Positions 33,356-42,507 of a stretch of 64,000 nucleotides of DNA are shown here, in pieces (the first letter of the stretch is position 1; each line of letters begins with the position of its first letter). Source of the stretch: Actinomycetes bacterium (GTDB taxonomy: Bacteria; Actinomycetota; Actinomycetes; Actinomycetales; Microbacteriaceae). The notes under the pieces are model-generated. The model was not told the DNA's origin and did no database searches. It was given only the letters and a program-made list of their open reading frames with translations. Both the position numbers and the translations under genes were made by a program. The stretch spans positions 3,710 to 67,709 of the forward strand of contig JAEZHW010000063.1 of assembly GCA_023436775.1 (NCBI GenBank), written 5' to 3'.

Positions 33356-33952
33356 ATGGAGCAAGTCCCCCAGACGACTGCGGTGCCCTGGGCGGACGGC
33401 CTCTGGACTCGGAAACCGCTCGCCATCAATGGCGATGGCGAGCACCTCCAAGTCACCGCCGCGGAAGGCTCCGACGCATGGCGGCACACCTCCTACGGTT
33501 TCGTGCACGACAACCCGCACGCGCTGCTGGCGCCGTTTGGCACGCATGGCGCGGTCGAGGTCTCGTTTGTGCTCGACTATGACCAGCAGTTTGACCAGGC
33601 AGGCATGTACCTCTCGATCAATGATGAGCATTGGATCAAGGCCGGGGTCGAATACTGCGACGGCTTCCCGCAGCTCGGTGCGGTCGTGACGAATGGCAAG
33701 TCGGACTGGTCGGTCGCACGGGTCCCGGAGTGGTTCGGCCGCACGGTCACGATTCGGGCCAGCCGCGCCGGTGACGCGGTCACCATCCGGGCGCGGGCCG
33801 ACGACGAGCCGTTCCGTCTGGTGCGCCTCGTCCCACTGGAACCCGACCTCGCCGCGCTTGCCGGGCCGATGATCTGCGCCCCGACCCGAGCGGGCCTGAC
33901 GGTTCGATTCACCCGCTGGGCCGTCGGCGCGCCGGATGCGGACCTGCACTAG
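33356..33952 (+). CDS. DUF1349 (concanavalin-like) domain protein
   Basis: 198-aa ORF with a typical DUF1349 pattern (LQVTAAEGSDAWRHTSYGFVHDNPHALL ... QAGMYL ... WIKAGVEY). Confidence 0.8.
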   Translation: MEQVPQTTAVPWADGLWTRKPLAINGDGEHLQVTAAEGSDAWRHTSYGFVHDNPHALLAPFGTHGAVEVSFVLDYDQQFDQAGMYLSINDEHWIKAGVEYCDGFPQLGAVVTNGKSDWSVARVPEWFGRTVTIRASRAGDAVTIRARADDEPFRLVRLVPLEPDLAALAGPMICAPTRAGLTVRFTRWAVGAPDADLH

Positions 33953-34029
33953 CCCGGATCACAGGCGTGCCAGCGCGGAGCCCAGCATGGCCACATCGCC
34001 ACGCCGCAGCGACGCCGCACAAACCAGCG

Positions 34030-34353
34030 CTACTCGTCGAGTGCGAGTTCCTTCGGCAACTGCAGATCCGGCAGCGAGAGTTCTTCGACGTTGACGTCCT
34101 TGAAGGTGAGCACCCGCACGCTCTTGACGAATCGGTTGGAACGGTAGACATCCCACACCCACACGTCCTGCATGGTCAGTTCGAAGTAGAAGTCGTAGGG
34201 CGTGTCCTGCCGCACCAGTTCCACCTCGTTGGCGAGGTAGAAGCGGCGTTCGGTCTCGACCACATAGCGGAACTGGCCGGCGATGTCGCGGTACTCGCGG
34301 TACAGCGCCAGCTCGGCTGTCCGGTCGTAGTCGTCGATGTCGTCGTCTTCCAT
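34030..34353 (-). CDS. DUF2469 domain protein
   Basis: 107-aa ORF (ELALYREYRDIAGQFRYVVETERRFYLANEVEL), in the conserved actinobacterial position next to rnhB. Confidence 0.85.
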   Translation of the reverse strand: MEDDDIDDYDRTAELALYREYRDIAGQFRYVVETERRFYLANEVELVRQDTPYDFYFELTMQDVWVWDVYRSNRFVKSVRVLTFKDVNVEELSLPDLQLPKELALDE

Positions 34354-34364
34354 GGTGCCCTATC

Positions 34365-35123
34365 CTAGCCCGCCGTGGCTGTGGCCTGGGCGTGTGGAAT
34401 GGACTCTCGCAGCCAGGTACGCCGGTGCTCGACGTGAGCACCATGCACGGCGATCGCGGCCAGATGCTCGGCGCTGCCATAGCCCTTGTTCGAGGCCCAG
34501 CCATAGGCCGGAACCTGCTCGGCGAGCAGTCGCATCTGCCCGTCGCGGGATACCTTCGCCAGCACACTGGCCGCGGCCACGGCGGCACAGTCGCGGTCCG
34601 CCTTCGGTCGGGTGGACACCGGCGAGGCGGCGAGCACCAGATCCAGCGCAGGCCACGGCGGACCGGCCGGATCCGCCTCGACCGCGAATAACCCATCCGC
34701 ACTGGCGGCAACCACTCGCAGCGCCGGCGAGAGCCAATCGTGCACCCCGTCGAGCAGCAGGCGCGAGCCGCGCCAGCTCTCCTCGGGCTCGGGCAGCGAC
34801 GCCAATGCTCGCAGGGCGGCCAGCGCCAGGCAGCGAGTGATACCGTACTGGTCGATTTCGGCCGCCGAGGCGGTGCCCACCGCGCTGGCGCACACCCAGT
34901 CGACCACCCGCGGCGCCATGGCCTCGCGGGCTGCCTCGCTCATGAGCTTCGAGTCCCGCAGCCCAGTTGGCACGTCAGCACAGCCTGGATCCCAGACCGC
35001 AACTCCAACCGCGACCGGGCCGGCGAGTGCACCGCGGCCAACCTCGTCGATGCCGATGATACGGCGGGCCCCCGCGGCGAGCATCTCGTGCTCGACAACG
35101 AGGCTCGGTGCGGCAACCGCCAT
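34365..35123 (-). CDS. rnhB: ribonuclease HII
   Basis: 252-aa ORF (IIGIDEVGRGALAGPVAVGV ... DSKLMSE ... KADRDCAAVAAASVLAKV). Confidence 0.9.
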   Translation of the reverse strand: MAVAAPSLVVEHEMLAAGARRIIGIDEVGRGALAGPVAVGVAVWDPGCADVPTGLRDSKLMSEAAREAMAPRVVDWVCASAVGTASAAEIDQYGITRCLALAALRALASLPEPEESWRGSRLLLDGVHDWLSPALRVVAASADGLFAVEADPAGPPWPALDLVLAASPVSTRPKADRDCAAVAAASVLAKVSRDGQMRLLAEQVPAYGWASNKGYGSAEHLAAIAVHGAHVEHRRTWLRESIPHAQATATAG

Positions 35124-35125
35124 CG

Positions 35126-35887
35126 TTACCGTCGATCAGGCACGGCGTCGAACACCTCGTAGTGCGAGTCCACCGTGCCCCAGCGACTCGTCGGCCAGGT
35201 AATGACCAGCGCCTTGCCCACCACGTCGTCCACGCGCACGAAGCCCTTGGTCGGCCCGTCCATGTGTGCTCGTGAGTCGGCCGAGGCGTAGCGGTTGTCG
35301 CCCATCACCCAGAGGCTGGCCTCGGGGACGGTGACATCGAAGGCCTGCATCGAGGCGGGGTGGTTACTGCTCGGCAGCTGAATGTAGGGCGCCTCGTTCA
35401 GCGGCACCCCGTTGACCGTGATCTGTCCCTCGTCGGTGCAGCAGATGACGCGATCGCCGCCGACAGCAATCACGCGCTTAATCAGATGCTGCTCGCTGTC
35501 CGACACCGACAGTCCGACGACCTGCAGGAAGCCGTCCCAGACCGCCTCGATCGAGTTGTTGGTCTCCTTGACCGGGATCGGCTCGAGCCAGTCACCGGGA
35601 TCCCGGAACACGACCACGTCGCCTCGCTCAATCGGGAAGAAGCGCGGCACCAACTGGTTCACGATGATGCGGTCGTTGATCCGCAGCGTCTCCTCCATCG
35701 ACTGCGATGGGATGTAAAAGGAGCGGATCAGGAAGGTCTTGATCAGGAAGGAGATCACCACCGCGGCGACGACGATAATCACCACATCTCGCAGGAATCC
35801 CCCGATGCGCGATGCCGCACGTCGACCCGCAGAAGGCCGCGCGACCGTGTCGCCCCCACCGTCTGCTGGCGGGAAGAAGTCTGACAT
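35126..35887 (-). CDS. lepB: signal peptidase I
   Basis: 253 aa from the ATG preceded by GGGAAGG; the ORF extends to 35917. Has a TM segment, then SQSMEETL (catalytic Ser), KRVIAVGGD (Lys box) and GDNRYASADSR. Confidence 0.88.
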   Translation of the reverse strand: MSDFFPPADGGGDTVARPSAGRRAASRIGGFLRDVVIIVVAAVVISFLIKTFLIRSFYIPSQSMEETLRINDRIIVNQLVPRFFPIERGDVVVFRDPGDWLEPIPVKETNNSIEAVWDGFLQVVGLSVSDSEQHLIKRVIAVGGDRVICCTDEGQITVNGVPLNEAPYIQLPSSNHPASMQAFDVTVPEASLWVMGDNRYASADSRAHMDGPTKGFVRVDDVVGKALVITWPTSRWGTVDSHYEVFDAVPDRR

Positions 35888-36071
35888 GCTGCCTTCCCAT
35901 GATTCGGTCGCGCCCACCGCGACGCCGCTGCGTCTGCGGCAGATCCAACCCTATCCGTTGCTGCCATACTTCACAGCGCATCCTGAAGCGGTTCGTCATC
36001 AACGCTACGATGATCCAACCGCCGCGAGGACGCCGCGGCACCGACAATCGCTGCGAAGGGGACGATTCAGC

Positions 36072-36821
36072 ATGGCGATCGACGATGGGGCCAGTAGTAG
36101 CCGCGCCCGCGCGGCGCTGGCATACCTGCGCCGAAATATCACCAGTGGCGAATGGCCGGTGAGCAGCCGTATACCGATCGAGTCGGACCTGGCTATGCAA
36201 ATGAATGTCGGTCGCTCTACCGTGCGCGAGGCGGTGCGATCCCTGGCCGCGATGGGCATCCTCGAGACCCTGCCCGGTCGCGGTACCTTCGTGCGTTCCA
36301 GCACCCCAACCAGCGCCCTGCTCGGCCAGTTCCTCGCCGATTACAGTCTCGAAGAGTTGCTGAGCTACCGGCGGGCACTCCAGATCGAGGCCGCACAACA
36401 GGCAGCCATCCACCGCAGCGAGGAGGACGTCGCTGCGCTCCAGAACGCAGTGCACGCGCTGCCGGTGTCCACGGCGGGCAATCCCCTGCTGAACCCCTTC
36501 GCTACCCGGTTCATGAACCTCCTCTTCGATGCGGCCCGGAACCGACTCCTCGCCTCCTTGCACGCTGGCATCGCGCAGCGCATCGACACCCCGGATAACC
36601 GAGCCAGGCTCCTGCAGGGCCGCGACATCGAGGGCGTCCGCGCCGACTACCAGCGCATCTTGGAGGCGATCCGGAATCGCGACTTCATCGACGCCGCCCA
36701 CGCCATGGTGGATCATGCCGACCGGGACCTTGAGATCTACGCCCGCGATGGCCTGATCCCGCCGCTACACCGCGGCCGAGCGCGAGACCTCGGTGCGACG
36801 GACGCCCCAACGGAGGGGTAA
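36072..36821 (+). CDS. GntR/FadR family transcriptional regulator
   Basis: 249 aa from an internal ATG with a GAAGGGGA SD. Has a wHTH (ESDLAMQMNVGRSTVREAVRSLAAMGILETLPGRGTFV) and an FCD-like C-domain. Confidence 0.8.
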   Translation: MAIDDGASSSRARAALAYLRRNITSGEWPVSSRIPIESDLAMQMNVGRSTVREAVRSLAAMGILETLPGRGTFVRSSTPTSALLGQFLADYSLEELLSYRRALQIEAAQQAAIHRSEEDVAALQNAVHALPVSTAGNPLLNPFATRFMNLLFDAARNRLLASLHAGIAQRIDTPDNRARLLQGRDIEGVRADYQRILEAIRNRDFIDAAHAMVDHADRDLEIYARDGLIPPLHRGRARDLGATDAPTEG

Positions 36822-36848
36822 GTCGCGCGGCAGCGGCGCTGCCGCGCG

Positions 36849-37544
36849 CTAGCGCTCAATGAAGAGGTGGGAAGCTACCTCGGCGGGCAGCTCGAGCCCA
36901 TCCTCGAAGTCATCAGCGTGAGCGAGTACGTATCCGCCAGCCTGCGTGAAGGTGACGTGATTGCCGGGAACGATACCGGCCTGGCGCAGCTGAGCGAGCA
37001 GTTCCACCTCGACCTGCACCGGCTCGCCGATGCGACGGATCTGTCCGCACACGGTGCCTTCTTCGACCACGGCGTCGGTCACGCGGTGCACGCCGTCACG
37101 GAAGGCAGGCGCCTCCGGGCCGCCCAGCTCAACGAGCCCGGGGATCGGATTGCCGTACGGCGACTCGGTCGGGCTGTCCAACAGAGCCAGCAGCCGGCGC
37201 TCCACCGCCTCGCTCATCACGTGTTCCCAGCGGCACGCCTCATCGTGGACCAGTTCCCAATCCAGGCCAATGACGTCATTGAGCAGGCGTTCGGCGAGGC
37301 GGTGCTTGCGCATCACCCGCACCGCATACAGTCGGCCCTCGGTGGTCAGTTCCAAGTGGCGGTCATCCGAGACCACCACCAGACCGTCACGCTCCATTCG
37401 CGCGACCGTCTGCGACACCGTCGGGCCGGAGTGGCCGAGGCGCTCAGAGATTCGAGCGCGCAGCGGAACGATGCCTTCTTCTTCCAGGTCGAGGATCGTG
37501 CGCAGGTACATCTCAGTGGTGTCCACCAAGTCCGTAACTGTCAC
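36849..37544 (-). CDS. ideR: DtxR/IdeR family metal-dependent repressor
   Basis: 231 aa from a GTG preceded by GAAGGAGG ([47 protein letters not shown]...), with an SH3-like C-domain. The rest of the 436-aa ORF is antisense to serC. Confidence 0.88.
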   Translation of the reverse strand: MTVTDLVDTTEMYLRTILDLEEEGIVPLRARISERLGHSGPTVSQTVARMERDGLVVVSDDRHLELTTEGRLYAVRVMRKHRLAERLLNDVIGLDWELVHDEACRWEHVMSEAVERRLLALLDSPTESPYGNPIPGLVELGGPEAPAFRDGVHRVTDAVVEEGTVCGQIRRIGEPVQVEVELLAQLRQAGIVPGNHVTFTQAGGYVLAHADDFEDGLELPAEVASHLFIER

Positions 37545-37610
37545 CGCGACCTCCTTCGACTCGTACCCGGCCGCCACCGCACATGGCAGGCCGTGCCGTC
37601 TCCAGCCTAG

Positions 37611-38795
<1,185 letters not shown>

Positions 38796-38813
38796 GGCCG
38801 ACGTGGGGGCGAC

Positions 38814-39050
38814 ATGATCCGCTTCTTACTGAAGGACGGCGAGCGCCGACCAGACCCGGAACCGGTGCAGACCGATGACCGGAAGGCCGCGCTCGTTGGG
38901 CTCAGCCTGTGGATCGTCGCCTTCGTGGTGGCGATGGTGATGGGGTCGGCGCTCCCGTTCGACTTCGGTCTGGTCTTCTGGACCTGCATCGCGGGGATCG
39001 TCATCGGCCTGATCGGCCTGGCCTACACGCATCACCAACACACGCGCTAG
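38814..39050 (+). CDS. DUF2530-like small membrane protein
   Basis: 78-aa ORF with two TM helices, in the conserved position after serC in actinobacteria. Confidence 0.65.
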   Translation: MIRFLLKDGERRPDPEPVQTDDRKAALVGLSLWIVAFVVAMVMGSALPFDFGLVFWTCIAGIVIGLIGLAYTHHQHTR

Positions 39051-39074
39051 CGATCAGTCGCGGCGAAGCGCGGA

Positions 39075-39851
39075 CTATTCGTCGTCGTCCTCGTCGACAA
39101 TCTCTTCGGTCGTCTCGCCGGGCTCTTCGTCGTCATCGCCTGCGAGGCTGACGTCGTCGTCGACATCGACATAGCCGTCATCGTCATCCGAGTCGTCGTC
39201 ATCCGAGTCGTCGTCGTCATCCGAGTCATCGTCGTCAGCGTCGTCGTCATGATCCGAGTCGTCGTCCCCGTCGATGCCGTCCTCGTCGGACTCGTCCTCG
39301 TCCGACTCGTCTTCGTCATCCAGCACCGCGTCGTCGGCCACAACCTCGATGTCTTCTTCGAGTTCGCCGGCAGCCTTTGCCGCCTGGTACTCAGCCAGGC
39401 GCACCGACCACGGCACCCACGGCGGCGCCAACAGGGCCCCCTCACCCGGCAGCAACTCCAGCTCCATCACGGTCGGCTCGGCGTCCTCGACGCGGGCCAG
39501 CGTCACCGTCCAGTACCAGTGGGGGTAGGCCGGCATCGTGCACTCGAACCGCAGCGAGGCAACGTGGTCGGCCTCGGCGAGGGCACCGGCGAAGGCGCCG
39601 ATGGTGTCTTCGCTGGTGATCTCGAGCAACGCAGTCCGAGCCAGGTCCTGGGATGCAGCGAGCACCTCATCGAGTTCCGGCTCTGCTTCCGGTGCGGCCT
39701 CCACCTCCGGCGCAGCAGCGGCGTCAACCTGCGCCTCAGCCTGAGCCTCGACCTTCGCCGGATCACCAGCGTCCACCGACACCGCCTCCGGGGTCTGGTC
39801 AGCCGCGTTCTGCGGCTCGTCGGCCGACGTGGGCTCTAGCGAATCAGGCAT
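39075..39851 (-). CDS. DUF3027 domain protein with a poly-acidic tail
   Basis: 258 aa from an internal ATG that overlaps the csp stop by 8 nt. The core reads LRFECTMPAYPHWYWTVTLARV, and the C-terminal ~95 aa are almost pure Asp/Glu/Ser. Confidence 0.75.
   Translation of the reverse strand: MPDSLEPTSADEPQNAADQTPEAVSVDAGDPAKVEAQAEAQVDAAAAPEVEAAPEAEPELDEVLAASQDLARTALLEITSEDTIGAFAGALAEADHVASLRFECTMPAYPHWYWTVTLARVEDAEPTVMELELLPGEGALLAPPWVPWSVRLAEYQAAKAAGELEEDIEVVADDAVLDDEDESDEDESDEDGIDGDDDSDHDDDADDDDSDDDDDSDDDDSDDDDGYVDVDDDVSLAGDDDEEPGETTEEIVDEDDDE
39078..39375 (-). repeat. low-complexity acidic coding repeat (DDSDDDD-type)
   Basis: Degenerate GTCGTCGTCATCCGA-type repeats encode ...DDEDESDEDESDEDGIDGDDDSDHDDDADDDDSDDDDDSDDDDSDDDDG... 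Confidence 0.8.
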
Positions 39852-40227
39852 CCAGTTCCTCCGCGACCTTGCGCAGCAGGCCAGCAATCTTGCGGCCAGT
39901 CTTGGCATCGGGGTAGCGACCGACCTTGAAGTCGGCACCAATGCCGTCGAGCAGACCGATCAGGTCCTCAACAATGACGGCCATATCATCAGCCGGCTTG
40001 CGCGTGATCTTCACCCGGGCCGGTGCCGCGTCCAGGAAACGCACCGACAGCGCCTGCGCGCCGCGCTTGCCGTCAACGATGCCGAATTCGACCCGCTGGC
40101 CATTCTTGACCGTAGTCACGCCCGCTGGCAGCGCGGAGGCGTGCAGAAAGACCTCCTGGCCCTCGTCCGAAGCGATGAAACCAAAGCCCTTCGCGTCGTC
40201 GTAGAACTTCACCTTGCCGGTAGGCAT
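39844..40227 (-). CDS. cold-shock domain protein with a C-terminal extension (CspB-type)
   Basis: 127-aa ORF with a CSD (GKVKFYDDAKGFGFIASDEGQEVFLHASAL) and a ~60-aa tail. SD is GAGGG. Confidence 0.9.
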   Translation of the reverse strand: MPTGKVKFYDDAKGFGFIASDEGQEVFLHASALPAGVTTVKNGQRVEFGIVDGKRGAQALSVRFLDAAPARVKITRKPADDMAVIVEDLIGLLDGIGADFKVGRYPDAKTGRKIAGLLRKVAEELDA

Positions 40228-40302
40228 TGCACCCTCGATTCCTGTAGCCGAGTCGTTATCGGCTTACCTGATACTTCCATGCACGGCCGGACAGGACACC
40301 CG

Positions 40303-40308
40303 TATATT
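40303..40308 (+). promoter_or_regulatory. -10 hexamer TATATT, 8 nt before the GTG of the small membrane gene (leaderless geometry)
   Basis: TANNNT in an AT-richer divergent region shared with the csp leader. Confidence 0.35.
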
Positions 40309-40316
40309 CTGAACGT

Positions 40317-40586
40317 GTGACCAAAGCACCCGAGCCGCAGCCTGTCAATCGTATCGAACGCATCCTTGCCTTCATGATGGTCGGCATCGTTCTGCTGTCG
40401 ATTCTTTGCCTGATGGCCATTCCGATCGCCTCAGGACAGGGGATGCAGCGCGAGGACTTCGCGACCGGCATCTGGCCGTTTGTGGTGTTCCTGCCGAACA
40501 TCGGTCTGCCGATCGCGATCCTGCTGATCCTGACCCTGACCTTCCTGACGATGCGCCGGCGTCGCCGCGAGGCCAACGGGCGCTAA
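40317..40586 (+). CDS. small membrane protein (2 TM)
   Basis: 89-aa ORF with a GTG start, two hydrophobic helices and a basic tail (RRRRREANGR). It ends 6 nt before the next gene. Confidence 0.55.
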   Translation: MTKAPEPQPVNRIERILAFMMVGIVLLSILCLMAIPIASGQGMQREDFATGIWPFVVFLPNIGLPIAILLILTLTFLTMRRRRREANGR

Positions 40587-40592
40587 GCGCAT

Positions 40593-42416
40593 ATGACCGG
40601 GCCGCTGGCTGCGGCGCAGCACTTGCAATCGCTCGATGCCGAGCGACTCCGTGCCGCGCTGGAAGTGTGGCGCCCAGCCTTCCTCGGGAGTAAGCCGGAT
40701 CTGCTGACTCGCGTCGAGGATGTCTTCGATCTGATTGAACTGCTGCACCAGCCGGACCGGGTGCAACGACTGCTGCCACAGCTCCCCGCGCCGGTGATCG
40801 CGGCGCTCACCGGCGATGCCGGGGCGGATGCCGACACCGAGGCCGCGATTGCTGCCCTGCTGCTCGACCCCGCAACGCGCGAGCCCTACCCCGCGGTGGC
40901 CACCGCATTGGAACAGGCCCTGCGGGACGAAGTGGCCTTGGTCGCCTCGACCAGCATCGCTGGCACCGGCTCCCCCGCCTCGTCGCCCGCGTCCTCGCAG
41001 GCGGCAGCCACCATCATCCGCGACATTGTGGTCCTGGCCGCGAGCCTGTCGCAGTTGGCACCGAAGCAGCCAGTGGATCCGACCCGTCAACTCAAGCGCA
41101 ACGACCAGCAGCGCCTCGCGGAAATCCTGCATCGCGACCTCGAGATCACCGAGCCAATGCTGCGCCTCGCCGTTGCCGCCGAACTGGCTGCGCTACGGCA
41201 CGACGTGTGGCGTCCGCGGCACGCACATATTGCCGCGTTCGCTGCGGCCGCCCCGGCAGAACGCTGGTTGCGCCTGGCCGCAGCCTGGCTGGAACAGTTT
41301 CCCGCTGACGTTGCGTCGCTCGCGCTCGGCCCAGCCGACACCGAGGCCGGCAGCTCCTGGATGGCGCCGACCACCGCTGCAATGCTGCGCCGCTATCCGC
41401 TCGGTCGCAGTTGGATCACCCCCATGCTGGAGCGCGCGGGAGCCGAGGCAGCACTACTCGGCTTGGTGGCCGAGGATCGCGTCACCGAACTCGGCCAGCG
41501 CGCTGGTGCCCTCTTCCGTGCCAGCCGCGGTGCCGAAGCCAGCACCGAGCAACAGGCGGTGCTGGAGGTGCTGGCCCGCACCCTGCCGGCGGAGGTGGAC
41601 AAGGTGTACCTGCAGCATGACCTCAGCGTGATCGCGCCGGGTCCGTTGCGGGCCGACCTCGACTTGCAACTGCGCCAGTTCGCGGAGCCAGAAGGACATG
41701 GCCCAGCATCCGCCTACCGGATGAGCGCGGCCACCATGCACAATGCCCTGCGCGCTGGGGTGACCGCAGCGCAAATGCGGGAGCTGTTGGTGCAGATTTC
41801 GGCCGGTCCCATCCCGCAACCGCTGGAATACATCCTCGCGGATTTGAACGAGGGCAGCGTGATCGAGGTGCGCGATCTCCACGGCGTCACGTCCAAGACC
41901 GAACTCTTCGTCGCCGACCCGCAGCGCGCTGCGGAACTGCTGGTAGACACCTCGCTGCGGTCACTGCGGCTGCAACGCACCGAGGACGTTGGCCGGCTCC
42001 GCAGCGTCGTCGCCCCCGAGGTGGTGCTGAACTCCCTGCACGCGGCTCGCTACCCGGCCCGTTCAGCCGTATCCGCGCCGGAGGCGCCGCGAGCAGTCAC
42101 CGACAGCGTGCCGCAGCCCGATCCCATCGGCGCGGCCTTGGACGCACTCGCCGAGCGTGTTGCCCAGCACGGTGGCCTTGGCACCGAGCCCAGCGAGGCC
42201 TGGCATACGCGGCAGTTGCAGGAAGCAATCCGGAACCGCACCCCGGTGGAATTGGTCCTGGCCATGCCAGACGGCACGGACCTGACGATGCGGCTGACCC
42301 CAGCGGCCGTGCACAATGGTCGACTGCGTGGGCGCGACCTGGCCAGTGAAAGCGAACGCACCTTGCCGGTGAAACTCGTGCGCTCGATCACGATCCTCGA
42401 CACCCCAGCCGGCTAG
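40593..42416 (+). CDS. helicase-associated protein (conserved actinobacterial partner of XPB)
   Basis: 607-aa Ala/Leu-rich ORF directly upstream of the XPB helicase, as in the mycobacterial arrangement. It has no catalytic motif I can name. Confidence 0.75.
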   Translation: MTGPLAAAQHLQSLDAERLRAALEVWRPAFLGSKPDLLTRVEDVFDLIELLHQPDRVQRLLPQLPAPVIAALTGDAGADADTEAAIAALLLDPATREPYPAVATALEQALRDEVALVASTSIAGTGSPASSPASSQAAATIIRDIVVLAASLSQLAPKQPVDPTRQLKRNDQQRLAEILHRDLEITEPMLRLAVAAELAALRHDVWRPRHAHIAAFAAAAPAERWLRLAAAWLEQFPADVASLALGPADTEAGSSWMAPTTAAMLRRYPLGRSWITPMLERAGAEAALLGLVAEDRVTELGQRAGALFRASRGAEASTEQQAVLEVLARTLPAEVDKVYLQHDLSVIAPGPLRADLDLQLRQFAEPEGHGPASAYRMSAATMHNALRAGVTAAQMRELLVQISAGPIPQPLEYILADLNEGSVIEVRDLHGVTSKTELFVADPQRAAELLVDTSLRSLRLQRTEDVGRLRSVVAPEVVLNSLHAARYPARSAVSAPEAPRAVTDSVPQPDPIGAALDALAERVAQHGGLGTEPSEAWHTRQLQEAIRNRTPVELVLAMPDGTDLTMRLTPAAVHNGRLRGRDLASESERTLPVKLVRSITILDTPAG

Positions 42417-42495
42417 CGCCGCGCCTGAGTCCCACACTGCCTGGAGCCAGAGTGAGATCGCCACAGAATCCCGGCGCGGCCCCAGCCGTGCGCAG

Positions 42496-42501
42496 TACAC
42501 T
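42496..42501 (+). promoter_or_regulatory. -10 hexamer TACACT, 6 nt before the XPB ATG (leaderless geometry)
   Basis: TANNNT, no SD, ATG at 42508. Confidence 0.4.
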
Positions 42502-42507
42502 GGCCGG

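Noticed and set aside
35739-36071. N-terminal extension of the GntR/FadR ORF (start at 35739), overlapping lepB.
   Set aside because: The extension overlaps the lepB 5' end on the opposite strand and is Pro/Arg/Thr-rich. The wHTH protein starts sensibly at ATG 36072 with an SD.
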